Numbered from the stretch's first letter, positions 12,540-24,869 are shown. The stretch: DNA of 64,000 nt from Dicyema japonicum (GCA_011109175.1 RDEW01000046.1:77545-141544); one strand, 5' to 3'. Numbers and translations: made by a program. Notes: a model not told the origin generated them from the letters alone.

Positions 12540-12810
12540 ACTTTGGAATAAATTTGGTTTTCGGTTTCGGTTTTCCTCGCTTTTTTAATGTCGTATATAC
12601 AGCTTGTATAGAACCATTTTTGATTTATGGCTTTCAAGGATGGTTTGAAAGTGATGAGAGAAGTACTATTGTAGAGCTTCTCGATAAATCGAGGAGATAT
12701 GCTATTGAACTGGCATATGGACTTGATTCAAAGTCTAAATTACAGCCAAGTGATGAGAGACGTGCAAGATCCATTGAGGAAATATTGCACCACTTGAAAA
12801 AATAATTCTT
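12540..12810 (+). mobile_element. C-terminal fragment of the Jockey/I-like LINE family
   Basis: YTACIEPFLIYGFQGWF, similar to 37086-37271 (-) and 12200-12360. Confidence 0.6.
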
Positions 12811-13119
12811 GTTGGATGCATGGGGTCAATAATTCAAAGAGGAGACATGTCGTGTCTCGTTAAATCAGACCCCATCAACCAGGACAATCTCGTTGGCTTC
12901 TCCTTTTTAATTAGTAACGAGTTTGTTACGTTAATAAAGTATCTACCGCCTCGATTGTTTTACTGTCGAGTGACAGTAATATAAGGGTTTGTTAAGTTCC
13001 GATACTTAAAGGGTCGTATTTAACCGTCTTAACCGGTAATCGTTAAATACGGTTAAACGATTATAACGGTAATATCGATTTTACAAATCGTACTCAACCT
13101 GGAATCGTTCTCAAAAAAT

Positions 13120-13190
13120 TGACCAGAGATTAAACGGGGGATTTGAACCATGGCACGACTAGAAAGTCACCAACCACTAAGCATCTGGTC
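13120..13190 (-). ncRNA. tRNA-like sequence (degenerate tRNA pseudogene or SINE head)
   Basis: Perfect 7-bp acceptor-like stem GACCAGA/TCTGGTC, A-box-like GCTTAGTGGT, B-box GGTTCAAATCC; D and T arms not canonical. Confidence 0.4.
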
Positions 13191-13264
13191 ATTTTACTCT
13201 AACTAGTTTTTTATGACCTTTTTTTGATCACTGAAGGTCAAAAGATTCAATCAAAATCGATTCG

Positions 13265-13480
13265 CTAAAAAGATGTCACGAGCCGAGGGTGCTACCATGA
13301 CAGCTGTCATCAGCTCTATAAAGGACATACACCCAAGAAAAAAAACAAAGAATTGAAGAGCATTCTATGATCCTCCCTCGATTAGCTATTATAACTGTTC
13401 TTGCTTAAAATAAAGTGTGTGTTCTCCCTGTGGGGAGCGATAACTGATATGGCTCCTCGAAAAGTGCGAATATTAAAAAT
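13265..13480 (+). mobile_element. tRNA-derived SINE family, 5'-truncated copy
   Basis: Shares CTATAAAGGAC...GAAGAGCATT...TAACTGTTCTT...AAATAAAGTGTGTG...TATGGCTC with 27300-27615 and 58683-59015. Confidence 0.65.
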
Positions 13481-14422
13481 TTTATACACAAGTCCTGAAA
13501 GTCATGGACAATGATTTTTACCTCAAATAAAAGACTAACTAACTCTGCACTGCTCTTACCACTTTATGGAGATTTAATTCACTCCACAAAATATCTCAAG
13601 TTATTGGGAATCACGTCCAGTTCCTCCACTGAAGTTGAGGAGAGAGAAATCCTTTTCGGATCCGGCCAGGCAATAGACGTCACTCAAGTCCAAAAATGTT
13701 TCTTAGGAATCAACAAAACATAGAGCAAAAAGAAATCTACTATTTGGATTGCAGCCCGTCTCGAAAGACACCACAACAATACGACAACCTGACCATTTAA
13801 TTTTTAATAACTCTATATATAATGCAATTGTATAAATTGTCCATGACTTTGTTGAGAAATAAGGCATTGCTCTAAAGAACAGATCATGTAATAAGTGCAC
13901 ATTGTTGCAAGCCCTAAGTTCGAGTTTTTTGAAATTTTTGTAGATTAGATGGGAAACACAGCTAACCCTGGAACTATCGTAATTTAGAGTAGTTAGTTCT
14001 ATCTAACTGTTTGAATATAATAGATTAAAATTAGTTTAAGGTTCAAGGTAGGAAACCACCAAAATGTAACCAGTGACCTATGCGTAGGTGGTGGGCCATG
14101 TTATATTTCAAACATAAAAATACGATTTTTAAAATGAAGCAAGTAAATATAAAAAAATTTATTAGATTAAAAAAATTTAGGCCGAAGCATGATCACATAA
14201 ATTCACAAAAATGGAAGTAGCTGAGAGTTTTCGATTCGATCAACTCAGTTAGCTAAAAGGATATCATTTATGTTCAACGAAATATTCAAGACTCAAATTT
14301 CTGGTTCTGACGTTATTTATGGCAGTCACGTTATTGGTTAGGAAACACTATAAATAGCTGTGTCATCGGGCAGATTCTTTAACAAATTTTAAAATAATTA
14401 GTGAATATTTAAAATTAACAAA

Positions 14423-16114
14423 ATGTACAACAAAGTAGTATTGGGGGTTATATAGTAGTTATTCAAAGACTGTATCTACGAATACGTTGATCTCCCATCC
14501 CTTTGTGTGGCTATTATAGACACTCCTGAATTTCAGCGTCTTCGATCATTGAAACAGCTTGGTCCTGCATATTTAGTCTACCCTTCAGCTTCCCACTGTC
14601 GTTTTGAACATAGCATAGGGTTTTGCCATCATTCAGATTTATCTTAGTGTGTGTCACTTAGCAGGTCAATTTGCAAGGAATTTGAGGGATAAACAACCCG
14701 AACTCAAAATTACAGATGCCGACATCCTCTGCGTCGAAATTGCTGGCCTTTGTCATGACATAGGTTGTTTTCTTGACTAATTCAGGACACGGACCTTACA
14801 GCCACCTATTTGAGGAGTTCGTCAGATTGGAGGGTTACAGTTTCGATGTTCCGTTTATATAAACAGTTTAATAGCATGCGAAATGTTCAACGATGATGTT
14901 CGATCATCTGATATCCCAAAACAACCTTATTGTAAAGTTTGAAGAGAATGGACTCGGATCAGAGGACATTGAGTTCATTAAAATGCTGATAAATCCCCCA
15001 TGTGATCATAATTACGCAGTTGTCATGTATAACTTACCCTAGATTCGAACAGATAAATCTTTTCTTTATCAAGTATCGTCTTGCTGATTTTAGATTGTGG
15101 CAAACGAAACCAATGGAATCGACGTTGATAAACTTGATTACCTGAATCGAGACTCATTCCACTTGAATCTGCCATTTAATGTCCCCTCACTTAGATTAAT
15201 CAATAATGCACGTGTTTTGATTGTTCCAGATTCGGGTACCAAAATGATATGCTACCGTAACAAGGCCTTCATCGATGTAGCCACTGTGTTTAACCACAGA
15301 ATACAAATGCATAGAATTGTTTACAAACATCAGGTCGTTAAAATTATAAATCAAATGTATAAAAATTGCGTATTTGAGGCTCTTGGACGCCCTAAAGGAG
15401 ATAAACAAGATCTTTTTATTTAAATGTAAGGACGGGTAAGATTCTCATCATTTCAGCAAATATCGACGAATAACTGATTCCCTCAATGATATGGTAGCGT
15501 TTTCTACCATGACTGACGAAATATTCTCATTTTACTCTTTCAACTACGTTCGGTCGATGAATGCTGACGATCACTCACATGAGTCTTCTTCTCATCTTAA
15601 AGTGATTAACATCCTGGAACGAATACAACGCAGAAACTTGTACAAGGTTGTGGCTACTGTCCAGGTAACTGGCACTTTGAAAGTATAAATTTTATTATTT
15701 GGAAGACTCTGGATTATCAAAATGAACTGTACTCTGATTTTGAGAGGTACATTTATGAACATTTACAACTATCTGCTGATTTCGAGCATGTAGTTGAACT
15801 CTATAAGAATGATCTGATTATATTTTCTGTACCTTGTTTGATAATGTTAGATTTATGCTTTTGACTTTGGGATATACTCAAATCCATTCGAGTCTGTGTA
15901 TTTCTTTTCAAAGCAGGACTCTGTGCCATACAAGGCTGGTTATGAAGCCCACAAAGTTTTGCCTGACTGCATTACAGAGAGAAGACTATCAGTTATGTTG
16001 AAAATATCTAATTCGGATTCAAAGCAATCTGTCAAAAAAGTGTTCAACATCTATGTGAATGAATCGTGGGAAAAATGTAAATTTAAATTGGAATCAATTA
16101 TTAATTTATTTTAA
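14423..16114 (+). CDS. SAMHD1: SAMHD1-like dNTP triphosphohydrolase (HD domain only); introns 14435-14458, 14620-14647, 14764-14785, 14848-14874, 15019-15042, 15073-15093, 15357-15378, 15436-15456, 15683-15705, 15829-15850
   Basis: [62 protein letters not shown]; all ten 21-28 nt introns give a continuous frame. Confidence 0.92.
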
Positions 16115-16619
16115 TTTGTTTTATTAATTTGTCTTTAACTGTGGTCTTTGGAAATAAATTTCAATTTCAAATAGTAACTTCTCGGCGTTAATAAACAAAT
16201 TAATAACTTAGCTTCCCCAAGTACTAAATGGTGATTTGTTAATCCTAAAAGGTATGATGAGATGGAGTCATGATCCGTGAAGAACTCAGAGAAAACTGTG
16301 TTCATATGTTGCCAGTCAATAAGGATAGGCTAGAAATTTGGCAGCGGAGCAGTCAACTAAGTGAACGTTGGAATGCACGACACCCTGATAGCTGGGTCAA
16401 GTGTGTCTGCTAGGAAGCACGCCATAATAACGACCGAGAAAACATGAGCAACAAACCTAAGCACTATCAGATCTTTTATGTCTACTAAGTATGTTAGTGA
16501 TGGTGAGCTAATAAACGCGAGGGCGTTGATTGAATTATAAAAAAATAATTTAGTTGAAAGGATCAATCTAAAAACCTTCATAGGGTCCTCTTCAGAGCAT
16601 TGAAAAACCCATCTTTTTT

Positions 16620-19010
16620 TCGTTTTGGTTTAATCTTTTTGACCTTGACTTTTTTCGCTTTGGTTTAATCTTTTGTTAAGCGTATCTTAAATATTATGCT
16701 TGCCGCAAAAATAAGTGACAAAATGGTGATAATATCAACTAACAAAGGAGTAAAGAAAATTTGTTTTAAGGGTTTTTTGTATACAAAGCACTCGGTGACA
16801 AAAAACTATATAATTTTTAAATGTGTGAAAAAATCTTCACAAGGATGCAGAGGAAGACTAAGAACAGATCATAATTTTGAATTTCCCAAAAAAGGAATTT
16901 CTCACATTCACGAATTTGACGAAAGTCAAATAAAACTGATGAAATTGTTCAACGAAGCAAAACTTATTGCTAAAACGAGTCAAGAAAATCCCTTACAAAT
17001 CTATTCAAAGGTTGTGTCTCAATGTGAAACAGCAACCAGAATTATTCTCCCTTCTGCAGATTCTTTCAAGCGAACACTAAGGAATCAACGCTTGTCTACC
17101 TATTCCAAAAATATTTTCGATCTCGGAGATATTCCATCGTCTTTAACTTTAACTCTTGGTCCAGATTCAGAAAATTTTTTAATTTATGATAATCATAGAA
17201 GAACCGATAGAATATTAATATTCAGCACCAAAACTAATTTAACGTTATTGGCGAATTCAAAATCATGGTATATGGATAAAAATTTCTCCATGGCACCATG
17301 TATCTTCAAGCAAATCTATTTTATCAGGATTCAGTTCAATGCCAGTGCAATTACAGTTATTTATGGAATATTACCTTCTAAATCACGAAAGATTTACGAA
17401 GAATTTTTTGAGGCTATTCAAAATGCAATTCATAATTTGAATTTGGAATTTTGTCTTGAAACTATTATNGTGTATCTTCAAGCAAATCTATTTTATCAGA
17501 ATTCAGTTCAATGCCAGTGCAATTACAGTTATTTATGGAATATTACCTTCTAAATCACGAAAGATTTACGAAGAATTTTTTGAGGCTATTCAAAATGCAA
17601 TTCATAATTTGAATTTGGAATTTTGTCTTGAAACTATTATGGCAGACTTTGAAGATTCGGTATTTCGAGNNNNNNNNNNNNNNNNNNNNNNNNNNNNNNN
17701 NNNNNNNNNNNNNNNNNNNNNNNNNNNNNNNNNNNNNNNNNNNNNNNNNNNNNNNNNNNNNNNNNNNNNNNNNNNNNNNNNNNNNNNNNNNNNNNNNNNN
17801 NNNNNNNNNNNNNNNNNNNNNNNNNNNNNNNNNNNNNNNNNNNNNNNNNNNNNNNNNNNNNNNNNNNNNNNNNNNNNNNNNNNNNNNNNNNNNNNNNNNN
17901 NNNNNNNNNNNNNNNNNNNNNNNNNNNNNNNNNNNNNNNNNNNNNNNNNNNNNNNNNNNNNNNNNNNNNNNNNNNNNNNNNNNNNNNNNNNNNNNNNNNN
18001 NNNNNNNNNNNNNNNNNNNNNNNNNNNNNNNNNNNNNNNNNNNNNNNNNNNNNNNNNNNNNNNNNNNNNNNNNNNNNNNNNNNNNNNNNNNNNNNNNNNN
18101 NNNNNNNNNNNNNATGGATAAAATAATCAACAGATTTTTCGGAATAGTCCGGATGCTTGGAAGTAAAATGTCTCTTTAGTTTGCTAAAAACCATAGCATC
18201 ATTTGCAAAGACTCTCATGCAAATTAGACATTGAGGTAGTTTATTTTTATCTTTGCATATAAATCCAAATGACAAAAAAGAAACTTTATAAAAACGACGA
18301 ACTGATCCATAAGCACGTTGATGCGCACGTTATTAAAAAATTAATAAATAATGGTTAACCAATGTAAATGTCATTAATATATAATAAAAAAATGATTATT
18401 TTAATTTTAGTAATTATTTTAATTTGTTTATCTTTTTAAATTAATTAGGTCAAAAAATGNNNNNNNNNNNNNNNNNNNNNNNNNNNNNNNNNNNNNNNNN
18501 NNNNNNNNNNNNNNNNNNNNNNNNNNNNNNNNNNNNNNNATAGAATTCCTAATGAATAATATGCCAGAAAATGTTCCAGATTCAAAATATATATTAGATT
18601 ATTTTGATAGAAGATATGTTCGCGGTTATTATCGTTGCTTAAATGATCGAGAAAACCCCTTAGCTGTTAGAATACAGCACATTGCTCCATTGTTTCCTCC
18701 AAATTTATGGAATGTTTATGAAGCTACACTCAATAATAAACAAAGAACAAATAACTATTGTGAAGGGTGGAACAATAAATTATACAATTTGACGGGATAT
18801 CGTCATCCATCGATATGGAATATTATATCGTCATTCCAAAAAGAAAAAAAAATGACGAAAACTATTATTGACCAGGATTCATTTGGAAAAAGAATTTCAA
18901 CAAGAACAAATAAAAAACGATTGATAGACAAAAAGGCTTTTAAATATATGTCTGGATCGCCAGGACAGAAAAAAAACACTAAATAAGCCCTAAAAGCAAT
19001 TGCATGGAAT
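16620..19010 (+). mobile_element. Mutator-like (MULE) transposon: FLYWCH-type finger plus MULE transposase, broken by gaps
   Basis: KICFKGFLYTK...FKCVKKSSQGCRGRL...H, WYMDKNFSMAPCIFKQIY, IMADFE, RTNNYCEGWNNKL...HPSIW. Confidence 0.88.
18113..18320 (-). mobile_element. hAT Buster/Charlie (ZBED5/SCAND3-like) N-terminal BED finger fragment
   Basis: FGFICKDKNKLPQCLICMRVFANDAMVFSKLKRHFTSKHP. Confidence 0.8.
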
Positions 19011-19349
19011 ATTAAATATTCTTTTGATTCACATTAAATAATCCCTTGATTCACGTTAAATAAAAATCATATTTTTATAACATTTTAAACATTTTAAAAA
19101 ATTTTAAAAGTAGAAAAAATCTGTTTTATTTTTAAAATTTATTTCCACCACATGTAGTTTTAGTTGTGGCGGGACATTTTAATGCAATTACAAACTAAAG
19201 CATTAACATTAGCCAAAATTAACTATTTAAATAATTTGTTATTCTAAACTCGCTTACTTTAAAATAAAACGATCATGAATAAAAATCTTAATTTATAAAC
19301 GGAAAAAAAGTCAAGTCCGTTAACGAAATTACGGACTTGACTTTTTTTC

Positions 19350-19963
19350 NATTCGTGATTGTGAGAAATTCCTTCTTTGGGAAATTCAAAATTATGATCT
19401 GTTTTTAGGCTTCCTCTGCATCCTTGTGAAGATTTTTTCACACATTTAAAAATTATATAGTTTTTTGTCACCGAGTGCTTTGTATACATAAAACCCTTAA
19501 AACAAATTTTCTTTCCTCTTTTGTTAGTTGATATTATCTCCATTTTGTCTCTTATTTTTGCGGCAAGCATAATATTTAAGATACGCTTAACAAAAAGATT
19601 AAACCAAAGCGAAAAAAGTCAAGTCAATTTTATTATTACCTTGAAATTCTTAAATTGATTTAGTCAAAGCGATTATACCAAAGCGGAAAAAAGTCAATTC
19701 CGTGATTTCGTTAGCGGACTTGACTTTTTTTCTGTTTTGCGCTAAATTTCGAAAATTTATAAGGGAAAAATTTTCAAAAATGGAAAAAAGTCAAGCGGAA
19801 AAAAGTCAAGTATTGAAAAAATTTTTAAAAATTAAAAGATGCTAGTAGTATCACAAAAATGCGATATAAACTAAAAAAAGACGACTTGACTTTTTTTCTG
19901 TTTGACTTTTTTTCTCCTTACGGATTTGACTTTTTTTTCCGCTTGACTTTTTTTCCGCACTCC
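19350..19963 (-). mobile_element. Second, inverted MULE copy: left terminus with AAAAAAGTCAAGTCCG subterminal array plus first ~73 codons of transposase
   Basis: 19350-19625 is the reverse complement of ~16645-16920 with scattered substitutions; repeated GACTTGACTTTTTT motifs 19610-19960; terminus GGAGTGCGG at 19963. Confidence 0.8.
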
Positions 19964-19974
19964 ACTAAATGAAC

Positions 19975-21941
19975 TATGCCCGTCCAAGAGTCTATTAACT
20001 GTCATAAATGTCTATGCACCACAATGTGGACGAGTAATCAAGAACCCCAGTGAGCTCGAGGAATTCTACTCAAAACTATCAAGCAAATACTCTAATAATG
20101 CTTCCTCGTCCCTTGTCTTTGTCGCGGGAGATATGAATGCAAAGGCCGGAATGTGAATGGGGCGCGAAGAATCCTCTATTGGAAAACACGGGCGCGGAAG
20201 GAGAAATGCATCTGGAGCCTCTCTGGTGAACTTCTGCAAGGCAAATAACCTATTTCTGTGCAACACGGTCTTCCCGCACTCAGCTTGCCACAAGACGACG
20301 TGGCACGGACAAAGAAAAAACTCTGTCGGAGAGACCGTGAATATATATTATCAAATCGACTACATTATCTGCCAAAAGTCTGATAAACACCTGATAAATG
20401 ATGCACTTTCCTACCAGGGAACAACAACTGACAGCGACCACAGGATCGTCATTGCAAAACTTTCTGTAAAAAAGCACCTGACTGGGAAAAAATACATTGA
20501 AAACGCGAAGAAGGCGAGACAAAGGCCCAATATATGCTTTCAGACATAAAAATTGTGGTTAGAGCCCACTTGTAGAGCTAAATCGAGACTCTTATGGAGA
20601 AAACCGCACCGGAATCATCAGTACGAACTCTGTGGGATCAAACAAAGCAGGTAATCTCCAAGTCGGCCAATATATGCCTTAGAGTCCGAAATCATCATGC
20701 CCACCCGAACGTGCCAGATATGGCAAAGTATTGCAGAGAGCTACGACTAAAAGCGGCAAGCACGTCAGACGAGAGTAAAAAAAAGAGCTTATTATCCAAC
20801 AAAGGGAACTAAAATGGAAAATCAAAAAGATGAACAGAAAACACTCACGGGAAATTATTCATCCCTATTAAAAGATGTGGAATGCTTAAAGGACAATTCA
20901 AGAATGTATGCGGCTTTGCGGCTGCTGCGGACAAAGAAAGGACGAAACACCCTTCACATCAAAGACAAAGATGGAAAATTCGTGGGTAAACCGGAAGAAA
21001 AAGCAGAATTGATTGCACGAAACTTCGAAACACTGTTGAATGAAGAAAATAAGGACTTTTCCCTTTTCCAGGGAGAAGCAAAAGCGCTAAAAATCACAAT
21101 CACAGTGGAAGAGGTTGAATTAGCGCTAAATAAAATGAAGAACAACAAGAGTGCTGGACCGGACAACATAAGCCCTGAGCTCCTAAAATATGGGCCAAAA
21201 AAACTTAGCGACACAATTACAAAAACCCTAAATGACATCTTTGAAACTAATACCGATCTAGGACTTGGAAATGGATTATTAATACCCAGACAAAAACCGA
21301 ACAAATCAAAAGGACCAGTAAAAAATCTCTGCCCGATTATACTTCTGAATTTGATACACAAGGTGCTGGCAAACATTGCACTAAGCCGGATAAAGGGTGT
21401 GACGGATCTATACCTATTAGCAAGTCAAAGTGGGTTCCGAGAAGGGAGGTCTACAGCAGACATTGTATGGAGCCACAGATGGCGCTGCGCAACGCACCAA
21501 AGATTCAAGAGCGCAACGACCGTGTTGGGAATAGATCTCTCCAGAGCGTTTGACTCATTTAACAGACAGAAACTGATGAATGTGCTTGAGCAAATATTGG
21601 ATGAATCGTCGGTTAGGATAATCAGACTACTACTTGCGAACACAGGACTATTTGTGAAAACAGAAGGAGCAACTTCCCGCAGTTTCAAAACAACGATTGG
21701 GACACCCCAGGGTGATTCCCTCTCCCCTTTACTATTCACCATATGCCTTGAATCTGCACTCCGTGACCTCCGTAAATGCTATATAGGAGACATAGAAGAG
21801 ACATCTTATGCGGATGATGTGGATTTCGTATTACGGGACGTGACCGCACTCCAACACCTACTAGAAAATGCACCTGCGGAGCTTGAGAAATGGTTTCTTA
21901 GCGTAAATGTAAACAAAACTGAGATTACGGAAATCAAATGA
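19975..21941 (+). mobile_element. RTE-clade LINE (APE + RT), lacking its 3' end
   Basis: GDMNAK, QIDYIICQ, TDSDHRIVIA; 375-aa ORF 20814-21941 with QSGFREGRSTAD, GIDLSRAFD, GTPQGDSLSP, YADD. Confidence 0.92.
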
Positions 21942-22380
21942 GAAGACGAGGAAGGTTGTTGATTGTTAAATATTAACTTTTTATTGTTGGTTAAATAAAG
22001 TAGGGTAATTATGGCTGTGGTATTTTTATGTATTACAAAACAATAAAATAAATTCTAAAAAATTAACAATGGAGCAAAGTAACTTAGTGTTTGGGAGTTG
22101 TGAGTAAGCAAAACCTTTAATGAATTTTCGATTTAAAAATTTAGACATCAAGCTTATTTTAGTCGAATTTCAATCACTTAAACTTGGGCCCTTTTTGGAT
22201 ATAATTTAATAATATATCTGGCGCCACCAGAGATAGTGAACCACATGACGCACATTAACAATTCAAACTCGCTGAAGCCAATGGGGAAGTGGTTGAACAG
22301 AAGAAACAAACAAATAATCTTCAATTCAAGTAGCCACATACCACAACACTAACTTTGGTGCAACGTGAAATAGTTCCCAA
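21942..22380 (-). repeat. Unclassified dispersed element containing a diverged copy (F) of the pseudoknot-like motif (22185-22251)
   Basis: Leader and motif layout parallel to 4410-4735; GAGGAAGGTTGTTGATT...AAATAAAG block shared with 11694-11750; duplicated at 63540-63990. Confidence 0.5.
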
Positions 22381-22662
22381 ACGGCCTCTTCTTGTATTTG
22401 GAAAAGGCACGGAGCAAAGAAATCTACCAACTAAGTAGGTAGCGATGTGTAAATTGAACCCACAGCTAATCGCGACTTGAACAACACTAACCACTATTCT
22501 GCTTGGAGTCTCTAAAAATAGTTAATGTTGTCAAATTAAATAAAACGGCTGTTAGAATGCCTAGACATGAGGACTTGCGCATTAATTATGTATGATTGTT
22601 GTTTTTAAATAGATTATTTATTTTTGCCAAACCCTACATCGATTAAAAATTAATAAATTAGT

Positions 22663-24538
22663 TTAAAGTTGATAATTTGTTTGATCACTGTCTCTTTTTT
22701 GAACAGCCCACGGTTGAATATCAGTCTTGGCAAAAAAGGTGAATGTGAGTAGTCCAAGTATTTCAATGGCCAACATTAGCGTAAATACATATTGCCATTC
22801 TCGTGGTTGATGCTAAAATGTAAAATTATCATTTACAGTGTCTGATACGAAGGTGTACGATGTCTGAATGGCCACCACTCCACCGAGAGCCCCGAGAGTA
22901 TTAGAAATACCAGCAATGATTCCGTAATATTGAGGAGCAATATCCCCTATGTTTGGCATGGAGACAGAAATATATACCCCAGTGAACACACATGCAATCA
23001 ACACTAATATAACTCCGATAACTGGTAAATTTTTTGGTATCAGAGTAGCCAGAAGTAATAATATCCCAACGGGGATAAGTGCTACAATGAGGATTGATTT
23101 GCTTACCAAATAGGCAAAANTAAAATTATCATTTACAGTGTCTGATACAAAGGTGTACGATGTCTGAATGGCCACCACTCCACCGAGAGCCCCGAGAGTA
23201 TTAGAAATACCAGCAATGATTCCGTAATATTGAGGAGCAATATCCCCTATGTTTGGCATGGAGACAGAAATATATACCCCAGTGAACACACATGCAATCA
23301 ACACTAATATAACTCCGATAACTGGTAAATTTTTTGGAATCAGAGTAGCCAGAAGTAATAATATCCCAACGGGGATAAGAGCTACAATGAGGATTGATTT
23401 GCTTACCAAATAGGCAAAATATCTTTCTTACTAATGTTTTCTGAGCCTTTCTCTTTATCAAAAAATAATCCGATAAAAGACACGAACCAAATCCCCCGAC
23501 CCAGGTAACTATTGGGGCAAGAAAGGTGATATAAGTTTGCTGGAATACAGCGAATGTAATACATTTTTAACAGGAATATAGTACAAATCCTTCAACATAG
23601 ATGGGATTATGGTTACAAGAAGGAAAGCACTCCAATTTGCCGAAAAATGTACCATTACCTCCGCAATTAAAGGGGGAGAAGTTAACATTTTTTTCCAAGG
23701 AATTTTCTAAATTAAAAGAAAGAGTACTTTGAAATCAGTGACTTGTTCTCGTTCAGCGATTCGAGATAGATATTCCTTTTCCCCATCAGTGATCCATCTA
23801 TTATTCTTTGGGTCATCGGTCATGAATATTGCCCACAAAATCAGCCAAATTACTGCAATAACGCCTAAATTTAATAGATATTCATCACCAAATATATAAA
23901 ATGACACTGGCCATAAACTCTGGTTATATGCCAGTCCTGAAGTAACACTATATGCGAGGATATTTCCAAAATAAGTACCTTGAGTAAAATGTGCCAAATA
24001 CCAGGAAATATCGTGCCAATAGCAGATCCCCGAATTTCAGCAGAATACCAATTTGCGATGATGACTGTGAAACAGGGTAAGAACGAGGCCTAAACTGGGA
24101 ATATTGCTATACCTGAGCTGCTCCCATTATTATTCGAATGGCAACAAAACCAGAGTAACTCTTCAACATTAGAGAAGGAGTTATAATACACAAAATAGTT
24201 GAAACGAGAATATTGACAAAGAGAGTAATTTTTGATCCAAACCTCTCTGCCGAGACTCCACCAATTACTTGAGTTAAGCAATATCCGGCGTAAAAGCACA
24301 TTAAACCAAAAGATTTCTGAAATTGAGTCCATTCAACTTTCTGTATTTTTAATATAAAATATACCCCAGGTTCAGGTTCCCTTATTGTTATAATTTGAGG
24401 AATTACCACATTCACGTTGAGTCTTTGCATATATACTATTGCAAGACACCAAAATGTCCCAAATCCAACTATGATTCGCCCTCGTGATGAAATTTTGTCT
24501 GAACGTTAATAGCTTATTTTACTTGTCCCGGGATTCAT
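22663..24538 (-). CDS. SLC17 family MFS anion transporter (sialin/VGLUT-like), copy 1, multi-exon; 298-bp duplication at the N at 23120 is probably an artefact
   Basis: MQRLNVNV, FYAGYCLTQVIGG...ERFGSK, WPVSFYIFG, DDPKNNRWITDGEKEY, DIAPQYYGIIAGISNTLG, DIQPWA; ~21-25 nt GT-AG introns. Confidence 0.9.
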
Positions 24539-24869
24539 ACAGTGTGTCTACCGAGCTCCCGACAATGTTTGACGTGAAAAGTGGGTCGATATTATTTTAA
24601 ATTAAATAGCATGTTAAAAATAAAAAGCCATTTTATTTATTAATTTTTTTAAATAAGGAAAAGAAAACGAATTTTACTGCGATGTCAAAAATTACACCAA
24701 CGAATCATTTTGCAAAGTTACTGAAAATTATTTTTTGTTTCAAACAACACAAGGAAATAATTACTCTGTTTTTATGTCGTAATTATTATTGTTAGAAACC
24801 CGAACTCTTTATCATTGGAAAATACCGAAATCTTTGTTAACTTAAAAAATTTAATCCGTTTTTTTAATA

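Noticed and set aside
13400-13470. Solo LTR with tRNA primer-binding site (AATAAA...TGGCTCCTCG)
   Set aside because: The sequence is the 3' end of the tRNA-derived SINE family and is followed by an (ATT)n tail in other copies
17670-18113. Long ORFs through N runs (also 25620-26461, 18460-18539)
   Set aside because: Artefacts of translating assembly gaps
20954-21742. Antisense ORFs over RT genes (also 11097-11309, 12171-12392, 29191-29481, 50621-50887)
   Set aside because: Shadow frames of retroelement coding sequence
22822-23418. Internal exon duplication in SLC17 copy 1
   Set aside because: 298-bp repeat centred on a single N and absent from copy 2; typical contig-overlap artefact. Similar cases at ~10450-10730 and ~17300-17670
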